Source: a plasmid
Sequence record: CP033547.1
Strand: one strand, 5' to 3'
DNA length: 64,000 nucleotides
The notes beneath the pieces are model-generated. The model was not told the DNA's origin. It was given only the letters and a program-made list of their open reading frames with translations, and made no database searches. The position numbers and the translations under genes were made by a program. Below, in pieces: positions 1 to 11,533 of the stretch; position 1 is the first letter of the stretch, and each line of letters starts with the position of its first letter.

Positions 1-1
1 T

Positions 2-298
2 CAAAATAAAATCTGGGCAACCAGAAAGCGTCCTTGGGTTGACCGTTTGGCATCGGCATGGATCATTCAGAAATTTGTAGACCCTCAGGCAAAATTTATT
101 TGGTTAGAGCATCCCAATGATTGCCCCAAAGATACCTTAGGTTTTGATTTTGATGATGCCCAATTTACCCATATCAATCATCTAGTCACTTTTGAAGTGT
201 TAATGCATAGCTTTGAATTACAAAACCCTGCTTTAAATAAAATCGCTGAAATTGTTCATTTTTTAGATGTTGGGGAAATGAGCCTGCCGAAGCCTTAG
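2..298 (+). CDS. chrB: ChrB-family chromate resistance regulator, C-terminal part (5' end lies outside window)
   Basis: Frame 2 from position 2 reads ...RPWVDRLASAWIIQKFVDP..., the conserved ChrB C-terminal motif; directly upstream of chrA. Confidence 0.6.
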   Translation, partial: QNKIWATRKRPWVDRLASAWIIQKFVDPQAKFIWLEHPNDCPKDTLGFDFDDAQFTHINHLVTFEVLMHSFELQNPALNKIAEIVHFLDVGEMSLPKP

Positions 299-413
299 GC
301 ATTGAAAAAATCTTGCAAGGCTTAAGAAGCACGATCACAGATGATGATCAATTACTCCATCTTTCAAACCATATTTTTGATGGCTTATATGCAGACTTTC
401 AAAGGAATTTAAC

Positions 414-1750
414 ATGAATAATAAGCCATCTTTAATAGATGAAACAGAAATTGAATCTATCAGCTTTTGGCAAGCATTCAAATTTTGGTTAAAACTGGGA
501 TTCATTAGCTTTGGTGGTCCTGCCGGGCAAATCGCTGTTATGCACCAAGAGTTAGTTGAAGAAAAAAAATGGATTTCAGAACAGCGTTTTATGCACGCAT
601 TGAATTATTGCATGCTCTTACCCGGCCCCGAAGCTCAACAACTTGCAACTTATATTGGCTGGTTAATGCATAAAACCAAAGGTGGCATCGTTGCAGGGGT
701 TTTATTTATTCTACCTTCTCTTTTTATCCTCATTGGGCTGTCTTGGGTCTATGTGAAATATGGCAACGTCCCGATCATTGCCGGTTTGTTTTATGGCATT
801 AAGCCCGCAGTTGCCGCAATTGTATTTCATGCCACGTATCGTATTGGCAGTCGTTCATTAAAGAATAAATTTCTATGGGCGATTGCAGTTATCGCTTTTC
901 TTGCAATATTTATTTTTAATATTCCTTTCCCTTTAATCGTTTTATGTGCAGCGATATCGGGTTATTTGGTCGGTAAAAGTATCCTGATTTATTTAAGCTA
1001 AATGCACATCAGTCCAGTCAAAAATCCTATGGACGTGCAATTATTGATGATGATACCCCTACACCTGAACATGCTGTTTTTAAATGGTCTCATCTGATCA
1101 AAATAACTGTAATTTCAGCACTTTTATGGGCAATTCCACTCATCTCTTTAACAGCAGTTTTGGGATGGAGTCATTCTTATACTCAACTGGCTTGGTTCTT
1201 TACTAAAGCTGCACTTCTGACATTTGGTGGTGCTTATGCTGTTCTGCCTTACGTTTATCAAGGCGCTGTCGGTTTTTATCACTGGCTCACCCCAACTCAA
1301 ATGATCGATGGTTTAGCCCTAGGTGAAAGTACTCCCGGCCCATTGATCATGGTGGTGGCTTTTGTCGGCTTCTTAGCAGCTTATAACCATTCGCTGTTGG
1401 GTGCTGAATATCAATTTATTGCAGGTGCATTAGGTGCAATCATCGTCACGTGGTTTACTTTTATTTTCTCATTTTTCTTTATCTTAGCCGGAGCACCTGT
1501 TATAGAGTCCACACACAATCAAATTAAATTTACTGCCCCTTTAACCGCCATTACCGCTGCCGTGGTGGGCGTAATTTTAAATTTGGCACTCTTTTTATGT
1601 TACCACGTGCTTTGGCCACAGGGTTTTGAAGGGAATTTTGATTATATCTCTGCCATTATTGCAATTTTAGCTGTAGTCGCATTATTTAAATTTAATCAAA
1701 GTGTGCTCAGAGTCATCATCGGTTCTGCTTTTAGTGGGTTTAACGATTAA
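414..1750 (+). pseudogene. chrA: Chromate efflux transporter ChrA; the two homologous CHR halves are in different frames with an apparent frameshift near 977-1000
   Basis: ORFs 414..1001 and 1160..1750 both have chromate-transporter signature (FGGPAGQIAVM..., LTFGGAYAVLPY...). Frame 2 is open from 977 and encodes a plausible linker (...TPEHAVFKWSHLIKITVISALLWAIPL...). Confidence 0.8.
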
Positions 1751-1871
1751 AATTTTACTATAAAGAATGAACACTAGAGGTATGGATAAAAAATCTATGC
1801 TTCTTTTGACACGATTCAAGGTATCTTCTTTCATATAAAAAATTAAAGAATATTCCACTAAATCACTCACC

Positions 1872-1899
1872 ATTTAACATAATGGTGGTTATGCGAAGT
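1872..1899. other. pdif site (XerD arm-spacer-XerC arm): ATTTAACATAA TGGTGG TTATGCGAAGT
   Basis: 11-6-11 architecture matching Acinetobacter plasmid dif consensus (ATTTCGTATAA-N6-TTATGTTAATT). Confidence 0.75.
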
Positions 1900-1956
1900 C
1901 GACTTGTAATGCAATTTGCATTACAATATTCCTAGTACATTAAATACTTGGGAAAT

Positions 1957-2206
1957 ATGATGGCTACTGTTAACTTCCAGGATCGATGAAGCCCTTAAAG
2001 AAAAATCTTATTCAATCCTTAAAGAGCAAGGTATTGCACCTACTGATTTCTTCACTAGTATTCTTGAGTATGTTGCTACGACTGGGAAACTGCCTGTCAA
2101 AAAGCTTTGCTTTCGGAAGAAGATGAAGAATTATTAGCTCTTGTCCGTAAGCGCATTAATGATCCTAAAGAGATGTTTGAGGAAGTCACATTAGATGACT
2201 TATAAG
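1957..2206 (+). pseudogene. relB: RelB/DinJ-family antitoxin, disrupted (in-frame TGA at 1987 and frameshift); C-terminus ...LLALVRKRINDPKEMFEEVTLDDL overlaps relE start
   Basis: ATGATGGCTACTGTTAACTTC... then stop; downstream frames encode typical DinJ C-terminus; 4-bp overlap with toxin start. Confidence 0.6.
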
Positions 2207-2488
2207 CTTTTACGTCACAAGGACTTTACAGCAGAATGGGAAAAACTCCCTGTTGCTATACGAGATCAATTTAAAAAGAAACTAGCCAAAGTCATAGAGC
2301 AGCCACATATTCCAAAGAATATGCTTAGAGGCGATCTTGCAGGTTGCTATAAAATCAAATTATTAAAAGCTGGTGTCCGACTTGTCTATCAAGTTAAAGA
2401 TGATCAGGTAGTTATCCTGCTCATTACCGTCGGAAAACGAGCTGATAGCATAGTTTATGACGAAGCGAAAAAGCGAATTAAAGACTAA
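2195..2488 (+). CDS. relE: RelE/ParE-family type II toxin
   Basis: 97-aa ORF MTYKLLRHKDFTAEWEKLP...GDLAGCYKIKLLKAGVRLVYQV, typical RelE/ParE fold signature; followed by terminator hairpin GGGAGCTTATAGCTCCC. Confidence 0.8.
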   Translation: MTYKLLRHKDFTAEWEKLPVAIRDQFKKKLAKVIEQPHIPKNMLRGDLAGCYKIKLLKAGVRLVYQVKDDQVVILLITVGKRADSIVYDEAKKRIKD

Positions 2489-2647
2489 AAATGGGAGCTT
2501 ATAGCTCCCATTTTTGTGTAGAGGCAGCAAGATTATGCTGTTTTGATCAGAACTCAGTTAACCATCCCGGGATTCTGCTCTGGCCCATTCAGCGCAGTTT
2601 TTTACTTTGGATGAAGTTAACCCATGTTATATTGCACAAGATAAAAA

Positions 2648-3467
2648 GGCACTGTTGCAAAGTTAGCGATGAGGCAGCCTTTTGTCTTATTCAAAGGCCT
2701 TACATTTCAAAAACTCTGCTTACCAGGCGCATTTCGCCCAGGGGATCACCATAATAAAATGCTGAGGCCTGGCCTTTGCGTAGTGCACGCATCACCTCAA
2801 TACCTTTGATGGTGGCGTAAGCCGTCTTCATGGATTTAAATCCCAGCGTGGCGTTGATTATCCGTTTCAGTTTGCCATGATCGCATTCAATCACGTTGTT
2901 CCGGTACTTAATCTGTCGGTGTTCAACGTCAGACGGGCACCGGCCTTCGCGTTTGAGCAGAGCAAGCGCGCGACCATAGGCGGGCGCTTTATCCGTGTTG
3001 ATGAATCGTGGGATCTGCCACTTCTTCACGTTGTTGAGGATTTTACCCAGAAACCGGTATGCAGCTTTGCTGTTACGACGGGAGGAGAGATAAAAATCGA
3101 CAGTGCGGCCCCGGCTGTCGACGGCCCGGTACAGATACGCCCAGCGGCCATTGACCTTCACGTAGGTTTCATCCATGTGCCACGGGCAAAGATCGGAAGG
3201 GTTACGCCAGTACCAGCGCAGCCGTTTTTCCATTTCAGGCGCATAACGCTGAACCCAGCGGTAAATCGTGGAGTGATCGACATTCACTCCGCGTTCAGCC
3301 AGCATCTCCTGCAGCTCACGGTAACTGATGCCGTATTTGCAGTACCAGCGTACGGCCCACAGAATGATGTCACGCTGAAAATGCCGGCCTTTGAATGGGT
3401 TCATGTGCAGCTCCATCAGCAAAAGGGGATGATAAGTTTATCACCACCGACTATTTGCAACAGTGCC
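2648..3467 (-). mobile_element. IS26 (IS6 family), 820 bp, 14-bp IRs GGCACTGTTGCAAA; no flanking 8-bp duplication
   Basis: IR at 2648-2661 and inverted copy at 3454-3467; encodes Tnp26 identical in sequence pattern to IS26. Confidence 0.95.
2700..3404 (-). CDS. tnpA: IS26 transposase Tnp26
   Basis: MNPFKGRHFQRDIILWAVRWYCKYGISYRELQEMLAERGVNVDHSTIYRWVQRYAPEMEKRLRWYWRNPSDLCPWHMDETYVKVNGRWAYLYRAVDSRGRTVDFYLSSRRNSKAAYRFLGKILNNVKKWQIPRFINTDKAPAYGRALALLKREGRCPSDVEHRQIKYRNNVIECDHGKLKRIINATLGFKSMKTAYATIKGIEVMRALRKGQASAFYYGDPLGEMRLVSRVFEM. Confidence 0.95.
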   Translation of the reverse strand: MNPFKGRHFQRDIILWAVRWYCKYGISYRELQEMLAERGVNVDHSTIYRWVQRYAPEMEKRLRWYWRNPSDLCPWHMDETYVKVNGRWAYLYRAVDSRGRTVDFYLSSRRNSKAAYRFLGKILNNVKKWQIPRFINTDKAPAYGRALALLKREGRCPSDVEHRQIKYRNNVIECDHGKLKRIINATLGFKSMKTAYATIKGIEVMRALRKGQASAFYYGDPLGEMRLVSRVFEM

Positions 3468-4452
<985 letters not shown>

Positions 4453-4482
4453 AGAATTAGAAGTTTGAGGTTAATCTATTTT

Positions 4483-5285
4483 TGGTAGTGTTTCAAAAAG
4501 TATGCTGGAAGAAAAAAGCCGATTGGATTTTGATAAAATAGAGAAATGCAAATAACTCTAGCAATCAAATGTCCAACCTGCCTCAGTGATAGTATAAAGA
4601 AAAATGGTATCAAAGTAGATGGGAAACAAAACTATCAGTGCAAAGACTGTAAACGTCAGTTTATTGGTGATCATGCACTGAGCTATCTAGGATGTAAGTC
4701 AGGTATTACTCGTAAAATATTACAGTTGATGGTCAGAGGCAGCGGTATACGAGATATTGCTGAAGTTGAGCGCATCAGTATCGGTAAAGTTTTACGTACT
4801 TTAACTGAATCAACCTATGAAATTCAGCCTCAGCAAAGTCATTATGAATCTCTCGAAGTAGATGAGTTCTGGAATTTTGTTGGAAATAAAAAGAATAAAC
4901 AATGGCTTATTTACGCCTATCATCGAGAAACAGGTGAAATTGTTGCTTATGTTTGGGGTAAACGAGATTTAGCTACAGTCTAACAATTGAAGACAAAGCT
5001 TAAACAATTAGATATTCACTACACCCGAATTGCAAGTGATCATTGGGACAGTTTCATCACTGCTTTTTAAAAAATGGTAAGCAAAGTATTGGTAAATTTT
5101 TTACTGTAGGTATTGAAGGCAATAATTGCAAAATAAGGCATAGAATTAGGCGTAGCTTCAGAAGAAGCTGTAATTTTTCAAAAAGCTTGAAAACCATTTT
5201 AAAGCTTTTGATTTAGCCTTCTTTTCTTTTACATCAATAATGGCTTCATTTAAAGGCAGCATACTTTTTGAAGCACCACCAAAAT
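4483..5285 (+). mobile_element. ISAba3 (IS1 family), ~803 bp, IRs TTTGGTAGTGTTTCAAAAAGTATG / TTTGGTGGTGCTTCAAAAAGTATG
   Basis: Terminal inverted repeats at 4483 and 5262-5285; classic blaOXA-58 flanking element. Confidence 0.85.
4546..4983 (+). CDS. ISAba3 transposase (IS1-family InsA-like N-terminal ORF with zinc-finger CPTC...CKDC)
   Basis: [53 protein letters not shown]...; remainder of Tpase in other frame to 5260. Confidence 0.85.
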   Translation: MQITLAIKCPTCLSDSIKKNGIKVDGKQNYQCKDCKRQFIGDHALSYLGCKSGITRKILQLMVRGSGIRDIAEVERISIGKVLRTLTESTYEIQPQQSHYESLEVDEFWNFVGNKKNKQWLIYAYHRETGEIVAYVWGKRDLATV

Positions 5286-5336
5286 TTTATGTTAAGTAGA
5301 GACTAAAAATGCCCTTGATTAAGGGCTTACAAGGGC

Positions 5337-6821
5337 TGTTATTCCCAAGTAGAAATGTCCTACCTAATAACCAAATAGAAATGTCCTATATGGACATTTC
5401 CAAGTCAAGCACAGGATTTAGATTTCGTTGTTCAATCGCTGTTTTCTGTGCTTGTCTACGTGGCATCTTTTGAGAACGATTGCGTTTGTTTTGGTGTTCC
5501 AGTTGTTCATGCTGTTGTTGAATATGTGCCAGCACAGAACCCAAACGTTTATTCTCAACGATCTCTCGCTGGTTGAGCTGACTTAATTTATCAAAGATGC
5601 TGTAATTGATTTTTCTTCCCTGATATTCAATGGCTACAGTACCATCCGGATATTCCAAGGAACTCAAGATACTTGCCGCCCAATCTTTGATTTTCTTCGC
5701 TGTTTTCCAAGATATATACGCATTTATCATAAGTAATCGTCAAGCTGTTCGTGACCCTGCGGGGTTCACGCCAGGTAAAAACATCATCTAATTCTTCGGC
5801 TGTTTCAGCGATAGGCCGATGTAGATCCTTGGAATTAAAAGCCATCTTGGCGAATTTACGATTAAATTGCTCAATAAAAGCACGGCAGCCACTTATTGGC
5901 ATCTGCAATTGAACTGATGCCTTCTAGACGCATCTCCTTAATCAGACGATCCTGAAGTGTTCTATTCGCTCGTTCTACACGACCTTTGGCTTGAGGGGAG
6001 TTAGCGAAAATGATATCGATATTGAGAGTGCTCAGAACACGTCCAAACTGGGTAATCTTGGTGTCTTTCTTGCTACTTTGATTCACCCTAAAAACTGAAT
6101 GTTTGTCACTGTAAAATGCCAATGGCTTACCATGCTGTTCGATATATAAACGTGTCGAAATCATATAGTCAAAGGCTGACTCTGACGCACAGAAGCGTAA
6201 ATGCTGCAATTTTCCTGTGGCATCATCGATGAATACTAGCAGACAGCATTTAGGTGCTCGACCTTCAAACCAATCATGGTGTGAGCCATCAATTTGGATC
6301 AATTCACCATAACAATCTCGGTTATAACGAGGCTGATATGGTCGTTTCAGGCGCTTGCAGCGAGGGATCCATAAATCGGCTGCAATCATCCAAGGAACGC
6401 AGGGTTTCTACTGAAAGATCGAATCCATGCACGGTGGTGAGCTTTTCATGCGCTAAAGTGGGTCCGAAACCATAAAGTTGATCTGAAACAATATTGAGAC
6501 ACTTAAGTCTGAGTTCTTCAGGAAGTTTAGAATTGCTGATTTGGCCACGACCGGCATGGGCTAATGCAGCGGGACCTTGAGCTTTGTATTTCTGCAGTAA
6601 GCGTCTGATGTGACGTTCTGAGATATGAAGTAGCTGAGCAGCCTGGGATTGAGTTATACGTTGATCACAGATTTCTTGCAAGACCGACAATCGTTTAAGT
6701 TCTTTATCCGACATAGACACCAACATATCAAACCGTCCGCTAAGGAAATTGCAAAAGCGCATATTCTAAAAGCGGACATTTTTACTTTGGAGAAACCGGA
6801 CATTTCTATTTTGGGCTTACA
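5337..6821 (-). mobile_element. IS copy A (ISNCY/IS1202-group-like, ~1485 bp), transposase split into 4 ORFs (5386..6762), flanked by 5-bp duplication AGGGC
   Basis: Ends TGTTATTCCCAAGTAGAAATGTCC (5337) and GGACATTTCTATTTTGGGCTTACA (6821), shared with copies at 14854 and 21647; AGGGC at 5332-5336 and 6822-6826. Confidence 0.8.
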
Positions 6822-6826
6822 AGGGC

Positions 6827-6854
6827 ATTTTGTATAAGGTGTATTATGTTAATT
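6827..6854. other. pdif site (XerC-spacer-XerD): ATTTTGTATAA GGTGTA TTATGTTAATT
   Basis: 11-6-11 dif-like architecture; immediately follows TSD of IS copy A. Confidence 0.8.
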
Positions 6855-6916
6855 TTAGAATTTCTTCATTAGATAATTTTTGATAAGCTAAATCCATTAG
6901 GACTAATTAAGTAAAT

Positions 6917-7733
6917 ATGAGCAATTGGGTCAATGTCACACAGGATAAGTCTACAGGTATAGAACTAATTCATGCCCACTTCAAAGGCTTTGCATACGAT
7001 CCTCATCTACACTCAAGTTATCTTATAGGGGTAACAGAGTTAGGACATCAACAATTCAATTGTAGAAAAAAAAAATTATTGATAGCTATCAAGGTCAAAC
7101 TTTCATGCTTGAACCTGAAGAAGTTCATGATGGTAATGCACCAGATCCTCTCGGCTTCACTTATAAAATGATGCATTTAGATCCAGCATGGTTAAAAAAA
7201 AAGCTATGAAGGAATATTTAATGAGCCTATCGAACTTGCTATCGAATCAACCCTACGTTCTGATCCTCAACTTTCACATTTGATACTTTCAACCTACAAT
7301 ATATTGAATAACAATGAATCTCAATTGATGAAAGATACGTATTTAGATCTTTTATTAGAAAACTTAGTAAATAAAAAAATTTTATATAAACGTGAAAAGT
7401 CTATCCAGACATTACCTAATATTGCATTAAAGCTAAAAGAAATTTTACATGAAAGTCTCTTTCATGATTTAGACTTACAAACACTCTCAACATTGGTGAA
7501 AACAGATCGTTTTTATATTAACCGTGTATTTAAAAAAACTTTAACTGTTCTCCACATCAATATCTGATCCAACTCCGTTTAAATAAGGCAAAAGAATTGT
7601 TAAGAAAAGGATTATCAGCAACAACTGTTGCTTCATATCTTTGTTTTTCTGATCAAAGTCATCTAGGTCGATGGTTTAAACGTTGTTATGGCATAACATT
7701 GAATCAATATCAAAAGCGTGCACAAATGTTCTA
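6917..7733 (+). pseudogene. araC1: AraC-family transcriptional regulator (araC1 of the blaOXA-58 region), multiple frameshifts at A-runs (7070-7079, 7194-7203)
   Basis: N-terminal cupin-like MSNWVNVTQDKSTGIELIHAHFKGFAYDPHLHSSYLIGVTELG...; C-terminal HTH ...LKRCYGITLNQYQKRAQMF in other frames. Confidence 0.6.
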
Positions 7734-7789
7734 GATATATCTTGAAGATATTTATCAAACTAGCCAAATAGTTTATTAATTTTTGGATT

Positions 7790-8399
7790 TTATTTTGGAA
7801 ACGATTTTAGCTTTTTGTGCCTTTTCTTTTGTTGCATCAATTACTCCTGGACCAACCAATTTCCTTATTCTTAGTACAAGTCATCAATTCAGTATTAAAA
7901 AACATTAGGCTTAATCTTCGGTGGAAGTATTGGTGCTGCATCATTAGTCTTAATTACAGGACTTGGAATTGGTACAACACTCAATGAATACCCCAAGATT
8001 CAATTAATATTAAGTTTCACTGGCGGCATTTGGTTAAGCTATATTGGATGGAAAATTTTTAATTATAGACCTGATCTAGAATCTAAAATCCAAAATCAAA
8101 ATAAGAAAAATGGTTTTTTTACAGGCTTCTTTTTACAGTTTATCAACCCTAAAAGCTGGTTGATGGCTATTGCTGTTATTACTGTTTATACAGCACAACT
8201 AGCTAACTACTATCAGTCACTCATTCTATTTTCATTCATCTTTATGCTGATTTCTCTACCTTGTTTATTTATTTGGGCTTATTTAGGAAAAATCACAAAA
8301 AAAATACTTTCTACAGCTCATCATATGGTGCTCTTTAATCGAGTATTAGGTACTGTTTTACTTATTTCAGTATGGTATCCAATATTGCATGCTATTTAA
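7790..8399 (+). pseudogene. lysE: LysE/RhtB-family amino-acid exporter (lysE of blaOXA-58 region), frameshifted
   Basis: Hydrophobic ORFs 7790.. and 8160..8399 (MAIAVITVYTAQLANYYQSLILFSFIFML...) typical LysE translocator; ends at pdif. Confidence 0.55.
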
Positions 8400-8421
8400 C
8401 ATAATGGGCGTTATACGAAAT
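8394..8421. other. pdif site (XerD-spacer-XerC): ATTTAACATAA TGGGCG TTATACGAAAT
   Basis: dif-like 11-6-11. Confidence 0.8.
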
Positions 8422-8632
8422 GCAGCACAAATTGAAAAATATAAAAATCAAAAACTTATGATATAAATTATTTGCTCGATGATGTTCAAAAGCCGACTTG
8501 GAAACAAGTCGGCTTTTTTTATGAGCAGTTTTGATAGTTCTTGCCAATAAATTTGACTAAAAATTACGCTTCTCAACTTGAGTTATACAATTTTGTGATA
8601 CATTATTGTATATACAAATTTGAATGTTTTTT

Positions 8633-8921
8633 ATGGAACAGTATTTTTGAATGGGATGAGGCTAAGAATCGAAAGAATCAGAAAAAGCATGATATCTCTT
8701 TCGAAACTGCAAGCCTTGTTTTTGAAGATCCATTACGGATCTCAATCCAAGACAGACATACCGATGGTGAAGAACGTTGGCAAACCATTGGACGAGTTAA
8801 AGGCGTACTAATGTTATTGGTGGCTCACACCATTTTTGATGAAGATGACTGTGAAATCATACGAATCATTAGTGCAAGGCAAGTGACTAAAGCGGAGCGA
8901 AACAAATATGAGCATGGTTAG
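8633..8921 (+). pseudogene. brnT: BrnT toxin (DUF497), +1 frameshift in T-run just after ATG
   Basis: ...FEWDEAKNRKNQKKHDISFETASLVFEDPLRISIQDRHTDGEERWQTIGRV... BrnT signature; ATG at 8633 out of frame by one T. Confidence 0.7.
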
Positions 8922-9249
8922 ATACTCACGCAAAGAGCTGAATGAGAAATTTGGTGAGAAGCAAGATGCTGAAATTCAACGCTTGCTTGCTAAAGGCACG
9001 GTTCCTGATGATCAGCTAGATCTATCAGATATTCCTGAAATTACCGATTGGAGCAGTGCTGTACGCCAAAATCAATTTTACCGCCCAGTGAAGCAACAAA
9101 CTTCAATTCGGTTAGATGCTGATGTACTTGCTTGGTTCAAAGCACAAGGCAAAGGTTATCAAACACGAATGAATGAAATTTTACGGGATGCTATGCTGAA
9201 AGAATTAAAAATCATCAATAAAAATGGGAGCTTAAGCTCCCATTTTTGA
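8908..9249 (+). CDS. brnA: BrnA antitoxin
   Basis: 113-aa ORF overlapping brnT end; ...YQTRMNEILRDAM... ; stop abuts pdif. Confidence 0.7.
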   Translation: MSMVRYSRKELNEKFGEKQDAEIQRLLAKGTVPDDQLDLSDIPEITDWSSAVRQNQFYRPVKQQTSIRLDADVLAWFKAQGKGYQTRMNEILRDAMLKELKIINKNGSLSSHF

Positions 9250-9276
9250 CTTCGCATAACGCCCATTATGTTAATT
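9249..9276. other. pdif site (XerC-spacer-XerD): ACTTCGCATAA CGCCCA TTATGTTAATT
   Basis: dif-like 11-6-11. Confidence 0.8.
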
Positions 9277-9309
9277 TTAGTTTTCCTTAATACGACAAAA
9301 ATATCTACT

Positions 9310-9841
9310 TCATTTCACGAGAATTTCTTTTGCTAAAAGTTCTTCTTTCGTTACACCGAAATATCTTATTTCTAATTTAGGCCTGCCTAACATCTTTAAA
9401 AGATTGTTTTCATCATTTATATTTTTTATAGCTTTGCTTACACAATCAATTACGTCATTAGTTTTAGAAATAGCTTCTTTTTCAGATACTTGATCGCTTA
9501 CTTTTCGAGATATTAAGTCATCAAAATATATCCTATATTCTTCACAAACTAGATAAAAATAAGGGTCTAATCTATCTAAATCATATTCAGATTCAAAGGG
9601 TTTACGATCTAATAAATCTTTTTCAGGATAAATAATCAATTGTCCTGCATCGAACCAAAACTCCACAGAAAAAATTATCAAACTCAATTCCATTTAAATC
9701 ATTACTAAAATTTTGAAAATACTGTAATAAAAGATTTTCTATATCCTCTAAAAACTCTTTATTCTTAATATCAAATATTAAAGATTCATTAGAAATAGCT
9801 TTGATACAATCTTCTTGAATATCTAACCCCTTTAAAGTCAT
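9310..9841 (-). pseudogene. Hypothetical protein (~175 aa) forming its own dif module; frameshift in A-run near 9665
   Basis: ORFs 9623..9841 and 9310..9693 contiguous on minus strand; no recognisable domain. Confidence 0.35.
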
Positions 9842-9890
9842 TTTTACTCCATTTAAATTTTTAGGTTTTGGTGCATTAAGAATTTTGATT

Positions 9891-9918
9891 AACTTAACAT
9901 AATGGCGGTTATACGAAA
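9891..9918. other. pdif site (XerD-spacer-XerC): ACTTAACATAA TGGCGG TTATACGAAAT
   Basis: dif-like 11-6-11. Confidence 0.8.
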
Positions 9919-9989
9919 TTCACCGTTTCGAGCCCCAAATATCAAGTTTATTTCTTGCATAAATGTATCCTATAGGATACATTCTACTT

Positions 9990-10292
9990 ATGTACTCAAT
10001 ATATACCACTGAAGTCTTTGATGACTGGTTCACCAAGTTAAAAGACCAGCAGGCAAAAAGACGCATACAAGTCCGAATTGATCGGGTTGAAGATGGAAAC
10101 TTTGGAGATACTGAGCCGGTCGGTGAAGGTGTTTCTGAATTACGTTTCTTCTTTGGGCCAGGCTATAGGATTTATTACTGCAAGCAAGGGCAAAGGGTTG
10201 TTATTCTTTTAGCAGGCGGAGATAAGTCTACGCAAAGTAAAGATATAAAACTTGCCCTGCAATTGGCACAAGATTTAGAGGAGGAGCTATAA
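9990..10292 (+). CDS. RelE/ParE-superfamily addiction-module killer protein (HigB-like); alternative start 9963
   Basis: MYSIYTTEVFDDWFTKLKDQQAKRRIQVRIDRVEDGNFGDTEPVGEGVSELRFFFGPGYRIYY...; immediately followed by HTH antidote. Confidence 0.65.
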   Translation: MYSIYTTEVFDDWFTKLKDQQAKRRIQVRIDRVEDGNFGDTEPVGEGVSELRFFFGPGYRIYYCKQGQRVVILLAGGDKSTQSKDIKLALQLAQDLEEEL

Positions 10293-10574
10293 ATGGCTAT
10301 TAAACTTCGCAAATGGGACAGTGCTGAGCATCTTAAAACAGAGGATGATATGCAGGCTTACTTACAAGCATGTATTGAAGAATCTAATGGCGATGCCGCA
10401 TTCATTGCAAAGGCTTTAGGTAACATTGCAAAAGCTAAAGGAATGGCTCAATTATCACGAGATACAGGCTTAGGCCGAGAAAGTCTTTATAAAGCACTTT
10501 CTGGTGATGTTAACCCTAGTTTTGATACTGTGATTAAAGTTGTAAAAGCACTGAATTTACGCTTAGCAATTTAA
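10293..10574 (+). CDS. Addiction-module antidote, HTH DNA-binding protein (HigA-like)
   Basis: MAIKLRKWDSAEHLKTEDDMQAYL...SRDTGLGRESLYKALSGDVNPSFDTVIKVVKALNLRLAI. Confidence 0.65.
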   Translation: MAIKLRKWDSAEHLKTEDDMQAYLQACIEESNGDAAFIAKALGNIAKAKGMAQLSRDTGLGRESLYKALSGDVNPSFDTVIKVVKALNLRLAI

Positions 10575-10615
10575 AAAGTTATTAAAAAATGGAGCTTTAG
10601 GCTCCATTTTTTTAA

Positions 10616-10643
10616 TTCTCGTATAAGGTGTATTATGTTAATT
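10616..10643. other. pdif site (XerC-spacer-XerD): TTCTCGTATAA GGTGTA TTATGTTAATT
   Basis: dif-like 11-6-11; preceded by terminator GGAGCTTTAGGCTCC. Confidence 0.8.
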
Positions 10644-10653
10644 TTAGAAATTC

Positions 10654-11079
10654 TTAATTTCCATCTATCCAAACTTGCTTGATCCAATCTGCTAAATCTT
10701 CCCACTGCTCATCGCTATATCCATCTGCTGTCCAATATCTAATTTTATGATTAGGAGATAGGCAATAATAACTACCATTATCTTCACAAATAGGTAGCCA
10801 ATCTTCTGGCAGACCTTGCTCCCTAGCATCATTTAATATCTGAGATAGCCCTCGATAGCATTCTTTCTCATCTGTAAGAGACGCTAATTCAATTGTTCCA
10901 TAAAAGATATTGCTAATCTCTTTCAAAACTTTTTTATAATCTTTTGGAAAAATAAAACCTATTTTTCGTTCATAAGCAGATATGAAAATATCATCAGGTA
11001 GTTCTATGTTTAGACGACTATTCCCAGATAGTTCTTTTAATTCTTGAATAATGTTATCAAGCTTATTTTGCATATACAT
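10654..11079 (-). CDS. SMI1/KNR4 (SUKH-superfamily) family protein
   Basis: 141-aa ORF ...DEQWEDLADWIKQVWIDGN with SUKH-like features; alone between two pdif sites. Confidence 0.5.
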   Translation of the reverse strand: MYMQNKLDNIIQELKELSGNSRLNIELPDDIFISAYERKIGFIFPKDYKKVLKEISNIFYGTIELASLTDEKECYRGLSQILNDAREQGLPEDWLPICEDNGSYYCLSPNHKIRYWTADGYSDEQWEDLADWIKQVWIDGN

Positions 11080-11110
11080 TCTGCTCTATCGCATTAAAGT
11101 TCTTACTACA

Positions 11111-11138
11111 ATTTAACATAATGGCTGTTATGCGAAAC
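11111..11138. other. pdif site (XerD-spacer-XerC): ATTTAACATAA TGGCTG TTATGCGAAAC
   Basis: dif-like 11-6-11. Confidence 0.8.
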
Positions 11139-11211
11139 GAGATCTACCAGCTCTCGTTTTTGTTATGGAAACTGCTAAAATTCAAATACGCCATTGACGT
11201 ATAAAGAGTCC

Positions 11212-11533
11212 ATGTTATTTATTGAAACCAGCATCTTTACCAAGCAAATTAAAGACCTTGTATCTGATGAGGAATATCGTCAACTTCAGCAAGATCTTTT
11301 TGGTACAGCCTGATAGAGGTGACCTAATCAAGAATGGCGGTGGTATTCGCAAAGTACGTTGTGCTCAAGGTAACAAAGGGAAAAGTGGTGGGATACGGGT
11401 GATTTATTATTGGGTCACCGAGGATGATCAGATCTTTTTCTTAGTGGCTTATCCAAAATCAGTAAAAGATAATTTAACAGATAAGGAAACCGCCATTCTG
11501 CACCAACTCGTGAAGGAGCAATTTCATGGATAA
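11212..11533 (+). pseudogene. higB: HigB toxin (RelE/ParE superfamily), +1 frameshift in T-run near 11290
   Basis: MLFIETSIFTKQIKTLVSDEEYRQLQQDLL / VQPDRGDLIKNGGGIRKVRCAQGNKGKSGGIRVIYYWVTEDDQIFFLVAYPKSVKDNL... Confidence 0.7.

Noticed and set aside
5286-5336. GGGCTTACAAGGGC just outside IS copy A resembling the IS right-end motif GGGCTTACA
   Set aside because: Seems to be a short hairpin (GCCCTTGATTAAGGGC) plus TSD coincidence, not a second IS end
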